From the NCBI GenBank assembly GCA_965208125.1, contig OZ242320.1, positions 4,480,001 to 4,544,000 of the forward strand: a stretch of 64,000 nucleotides of DNA. The letters are read 5' to 3'. The notes under the pieces were generated by a model. That model had not been told where the DNA came from. It searched no databases and was given only the letters and a program-made list of their open reading frames with translations. This document shows positions 60,131 through 64,000 of the stretch, piece by piece (within the stretch, counting starts at the first letter, position 1; every line of letters begins with the position of its first letter). The stretch comes from Candidatus Latescibacterota bacterium (GTDB lineage: Bacteria > Latescibacterota > UBA2968). The position numbers and the translations under genes are program-made.

Positions 60131-61879
60131 CTAACGATTGAGGTCGAGTTGTGCCGACCACGAGGAGGTGCGGTGGTGGCTGTAGCGCGTTGATAGGCGG
60201 AAATGCGCGGTTGCCCAGGTGAGGCGCAGGCCGCGATTGGTGCCGTCTCCCGAGAGGGTGAGCAAGCGTATGCCGCCCCAGACATCGGGTTCAACATCGT
60301 AGATACGCGCGTTGTAGGATGAGATTTTGTGATGGGTGGCCCATAGCGCGAGGGAGAAGCCCGTTGATTTGCCGAGTTGGAGGCGAAGTCCGGCAGCATT
60401 TCCCGATGTACCGGCGTGGGCGCGCTGTAGCCATGCGGTCATGGCGCGGGTGGGGCGTTTGTAGGTGAGCGCGAGGCGAAGGCTCTGGCGGGGGACGCGA
60501 TTTGTCGCGCTTCTGGCATCGGCGGTCAGGCGCGCAGAAAACCCCCTGCTGAATCGGTGGGTTAAATTGAGCCGCAGGCGGACGCCTCGTTCTGGCAGTG
60601 CGCTTTTTTCTGGAGCGAGATGACCGTGACGGTCGAGGGCGATATCGAGGCGTTTGCGTTTTGATATGCGCCAGGCGAGACCAAAGAACGCGCCCCATTC
60701 GTTGTTGGGGGGGGAGCCGTATGCTGCATAAGGGGCGCCATGTAAGCTGTGGAAATTGGCGCCATAGTATCTGCCAATGAGGTGGAGACGCAGGGTGGGT
60801 GTGCCAGCGACGAGGCCGGTTATGAAAGCTTTCGAGGTGATTTCGCCAAACAGGGCGATGTGGTCGGCGCGGTAGAGGGCGTTGAGGCTGAATAACATGC
60901 CTGCCCGAGCGGTGCGCGGCACTGCAGATGCTCCGACTGTGTCAGACACGACGGGTGAGAAGGCCGTGTTGAGAATTGTCAATCCAATGTGTTTTTGCGA
61001 GGACCCAATGGCTATGTTCGCGCCTATAAGGCGTTCGCGAAGTGAATTTTTGCGCGCTTGTGAGGTTTCGGTGTGGTGAAGGCCGCTGGTGTAGATGCGC
61101 GTGTTGGAGCCAAAGGTCGCATCCCATGTCATTCGGCCATACATCAAGCTCCAGAGCAGGTGGGTATGTGAGCCGCTCAGGTAAATGCCGCGCAGGGCAC
61201 CGTGTTCTGTGCTGGTGCGGTTGCCCAGTTGCGTGGCGGTGCGGGCGCGTGCATAACTCAAGCCGGTCGCGCTACGGGTGCGGCGCGAAAAGAGTAACCC
61301 CTGTCCCCATTCTGGACGCACATCTCCTATGATGATGTTGACGCGCGAAAGGGGCAGGGCAATATATCCGGTGACATGATCGGTAAGGGTCGGTTCTTCC
61401 GGGTCGCGCTCGGTGAGAAAAAAGGCTGAGAGGCGCGCGGGCGAAGCGATTTCGAGTCGCTGGTAGAGACGCAGGTCGCCAAAGCTATTGGTGCGTTTGG
61501 AAGGGCGCGAGACGCGGGATTTGTATTGCAAACGCCATGGGCGCAGAGGTGCGATGGACAGATAGGGCGCAATGAGATCGATGTATTCTTCCGATAAGCC
61601 CTGCACATGGGCGAGTTCTGCAAGGGTGCGATAGGGGCGACGGGCGATGATTCGTTGGGCGAGTTCTGGGGTGAGACCGGGCAGAATGAGCAGGTCTTTC
61701 GCACTTGCGCGATTGAGTTCGAGGCTTATGCCTTCGAGGTCGCGTAACAAGTCGTTATAAGCTTCGGCTTCGCCTTCGGTGTAGATGGCGGGCGGTTGTG
61801 CAAATAGGAGCGCGGGAAGGCACAGGGTGAACACAATGTGCCATGCGAGCGTGCGGAAGTGAAAGATGTGTTCTGGCAT
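60131..61879 (-). CDS. ComEA-like helix-hairpin-helix protein with a probable C-terminal beta-barrel
   Basis: LELNRAS..DL..LPGL....AQRII..RPY..L.EL..V.G HhH motif, then ERDPEE and WGQGL as in FCB-group HhH proteins. Confidence 0.75.
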   Translation of the reverse strand: MPEHIFHFRTLAWHIVFTLCLPALLFAQPPAIYTEGEAEAYNDLLRDLEGISLELNRASAKDLLILPGLTPELAQRIIARRPYRTLAELAHVQGLSEEYIDLIAPYLSIAPLRPWRLQYKSRVSRPSKRTNSFGDLRLYQRLEIASPARLSAFFLTERDPEEPTLTDHVTGYIALPLSRVNIIIGDVRPEWGQGLLFSRRTRSATGLSYARARTATQLGNRTSTEHGALRGIYLSGSHTHLLWSLMYGRMTWDATFGSNTRIYTSGLHHTETSQARKNSLRERLIGANIAIGSSQKHIGLTILNTAFSPVVSDTVGASAVPRTARAGMLFSLNALYRADHIALFGEITSKAFITGLVAGTPTLRLHLIGRYYGANFHSLHGAPYAAYGSPPNNEWGAFFGLAWRISKRKRLDIALDRHGHLAPEKSALPERGVRLRLNLTHRFSRGFSARLTADARSATNRVPRQSLRLALTYKRPTRAMTAWLQRAHAGTSGNAAGLRLQLGKSTGFSLALWATHHKISSYNARIYDVEPDVWGGIRLLTLSGDGTNRGLRLTWATAHFRLSTRYSHHRTSSWSAQLDLNR

Positions 61880-61962
61880 TGGGCGCGTTTGCGGTATAAA
61901 GGTCTGTATTTACAGTAGATTGCTTTATTACTGCAATAGACCTTAAGCAAACGGTATGCCAG

Positions 61963-62060
61963 AAGAATTAAGAAGTGTGAAGTAAGAAGTAAGAAGATCA
62001 CCCAACCACCCAAAGGCTGGTGCCTCATTTCACACTTCCTACTTCCTACTTCCTACTTCT
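61963..62060. repeat. Inverted arrays of 7-bp tandem repeats
   Basis: (AAGAAGT/GTGAAGT)n on the left faces (CCTACTT/CACACTT)n on the right. The right arm supplies the stop codon of the 62053-63891 gene. Confidence 0.75.
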
Positions 62061-63891
62061 GATACAGTTCTATTCTGCGATTTCGGATGGTGAGCATATA
62101 CATCCATGCATTTTCCCGATGGCCTTTGTCAAAGGATATTTGGCCGGTTGCACCGGGTATATCTGTCAGGGTTTCAAGGCGATCTCGCAGGCGGTCTCGG
62201 GTGGTGCCGCCCGCGTTTATGCCGTGCAGGATGGATAGCATGGCGTCGTATCCGAGAGCGGCAACGATATTCTGTTCTTGTCCAAAGCGCGAGCGGTAGT
62301 CGTTGACAAAATTTTGAACGGATTCGCGGTGGCTCTGATCGTAATATTTTGCGACAAAAATAGCACCATCTACATAATTGCCACCGTCGCGAGCCACTTC
62401 ATCGTGGTTCCAGCCATCGCTGCCCAGTACCTGGGAAGAGACGAGAGCAGAGTGAAATTGGGGGGCGATGAGTAATATGTCTTCAGCGCCACCGGCAATG
62501 AGGATGCCGTCCAGAGCTTCGACAACTTCGAGTTGTACGGTGTCTGGATCAACTACGACGGGTGGGGGAGGAGCAACGCGTATGTTACCGAGGATTAAGG
62601 AGTCAATTTCCGAAGCGAGATCATCGGGCGCTTGAAGCGCCAGTCCCGCGCTGCGGATGCGTTCAAATTGACGGCGATAATCCGTAGTACCCGGTTCGTA
62701 CCATTCTTGAATGAGTACTTCGGCACCAAGGTCTTCGGCTCTGGTGGCAAATTCGCGGGCGATGTTCCGGCCATAATCATCTCGAGACGCAAGTGAGGCC
62801 AGCGTTCGCAAGCTTTGATTATTCACGGCGTGTTCTGCAATGCGTCTGCCCTGTGCGCCCGGCGTTGCGTTGACTTGAAAGACATAGGAACTGAGGGATG
62901 CAATGCCATCGTCTGAGGCTGTTGGAGCTACCAGGGGCACTTTTTGGGCACTGAGCATGGTTGCGATAGGCGTGGTTTCCGCGCTTGTGAGCGCGCCGAT
63001 GATGGCGAGTACTCCGCGTTCTTCGACAAGATGCCGTGCCGCGCGTGCCGCGCGAATAGGATCTCCTTCGGAGTCTTCAAATATCAGTTCGACCTGGTCG
63101 TGAGATACGAGTGCATTGCGGTCTCTCGCAAGTGTGATACCGTTGCGAAGGGCTTCGCCGTTTGGGGTGCCCAATGGGGCGATGACGCCAATTTTATAGC
63201 GCGCTTTTAGGGATTCTGGAGTGGGTTGAGGCGATGTAGGTTCGGGTATGATAATTTGGCGCGCAAGCGCTGTGAATTGCCCATTTGGATGGTGATCGAG
63301 AAAGGAGGACAGGTATTTATTGCCAGTTTTGAGGTTGCCGAGTTTGATGTGCCAGCGCGCTTTGCCAAATGCAATGGCTTCGTCGATGATGGCGCGGTTA
63401 AAGTCGATTTTTAGATTGTCGATCTCGCTATCGGTCAGTTTTTCGCTGCCAGATAATTGACCCAGGCGGTCGGCTGCACGCGCTTTGGTGCGTATGTCGG
63501 TGCGACTGATAAGCACGCGTGCATATTGTATGGCAGCATTGTGAATTTGCTGCTGGTGAAAATAGCAGTCGCCAATGATCAGGTCGGTTTCGGAGATGTA
63601 TCGGCTGCGCGGATAGTGGTGTTGAAGCGCGATGGCCTCGTTCAGAGCCAGATCGAACGCTTTCAATTTGTAGTGCGATTTTGCCAGCATGAATCGCGCG
63701 GCAGAGGTGCGCTGATTTGGGGGGTGTTGTTCGACGAGTTCGCTAAACCCATCCCGAGCATCTGATAAATTGTCTTGATTATAATGGGCAAGTGCGCGTT
63801 GGAAGAGGATTTCCGCTTTCTGGCTGAATATCTCACCCGATATTTGGGTAGAGAAGAGGAAGAGAAACAGGAGTGTAGATAATTTTTTCAT
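62053..63891 (-). CDS. TPR plus periplasmic-binding-fold protein (LpoA-like PBP activator)
   Basis: Signal peptide, BamD-like TPRs, then KIGVIAPL, AIIGALTS, LGSDGW and ALGYDA type I PBP motifs. Confidence 0.8.
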   Translation of the reverse strand: MKKLSTLLFLFLFSTQISGEIFSQKAEILFQRALAHYNQDNLSDARDGFSELVEQHPPNQRTSAARFMLAKSHYKLKAFDLALNEAIALQHHYPRSRYISETDLIIGDCYFHQQQIHNAAIQYARVLISRTDIRTKARAADRLGQLSGSEKLTDSEIDNLKIDFNRAIIDEAIAFGKARWHIKLGNLKTGNKYLSSFLDHHPNGQFTALARQIIIPEPTSPQPTPESLKARYKIGVIAPLGTPNGEALRNGITLARDRNALVSHDQVELIFEDSEGDPIRAARAARHLVEERGVLAIIGALTSAETTPIATMLSAQKVPLVAPTASDDGIASLSSYVFQVNATPGAQGRRIAEHAVNNQSLRTLASLASRDDYGRNIAREFATRAEDLGAEVLIQEWYEPGTTDYRRQFERIRSAGLALQAPDDLASEIDSLILGNIRVAPPPPVVVDPDTVQLEVVEALDGILIAGGAEDILLIAPQFHSALVSSQVLGSDGWNHDEVARDGGNYVDGAIFVAKYYDQSHRESVQNFVNDYRSRFGQEQNIVAALGYDAMLSILHGINAGGTTRDRLRDRLETLTDIPGATGQISFDKGHRENAWMYMLTIRNRRIELYQK

Positions 63892-64000
63892 TGAACAAAG
63901 TTGATAAAATCTTCTGGGTGCAGTTTTTGAAGTCTCTGCTGAAGGAGTTCGGGGGGGTGGTTTTTGGACAGTTCGGCGCTTTTTTTCACGACTTTTTCGT

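Noticed and set aside
63892-64000. Structured RNA or IS end at the right edge
   Set aside because: Too short and truncated to support a call. It could be the 3' end of an upstream minus-strand gene.

Overview
Gene-dense bacterial chromosomal window of about 45 genes. No CRISPR array, prophage or intact transposase was seen. The gene mix resembles marine or sponge-associated Latescibacterota/Poribacteria-like lineages (inference from multiple PQQ-like propellers, sulfatases, heparinase-like lyases, PhyH dioxygenases, a DUF6785 transporter and an internalin-like LRR protein). The main feature is a tightly packed, co-oriented cluster of at least 14 genes at 1-17999, truncated on the left, that looks like an uncharacterised small-molecule or cofactor biosynthesis and export system. 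It encodes an EhpF-like adenylating enzyme, an acylating (LuxC/EhpG-type) reductase, an iron alcohol dehydrogenase, two PQQ-like beta-propellers, a HemN-like radical SAM enzyme that fits neither HemN nor HemW, a TonB-dependent receptor, a PaaK-like CoA ligase, a flavin halogenase-like enzyme, a GT4 with an N-terminal CxxC, a small membrane protein, a hot-dog thioesterase and a MacB/LolCDE-type ABC exporter. Further right are genes for sulfated glycan and sugar-acid catabolism (TAXI-TRAP, lyases, three sulfatases, a dehydratase, rhaA) and an epimerase-ftrC-phosphoesterase-PhyH-PhyH operon. A small DUF6883/DUF4926-like cassette is bracketed by 33-bp direct repeats that each contain a promoter. 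The last third holds tRNA-Ala(GGC) and a DNA-repair/envelope block (XPB and its partner, ligA, DGGGPS-like UbiA, alr, sbcCD, an HhH protein, an LpoA-like protein). Several start codons were moved downstream of the ORF-track starts on RBS or overlap evidence. All family calls come from motif recognition, not database searches.
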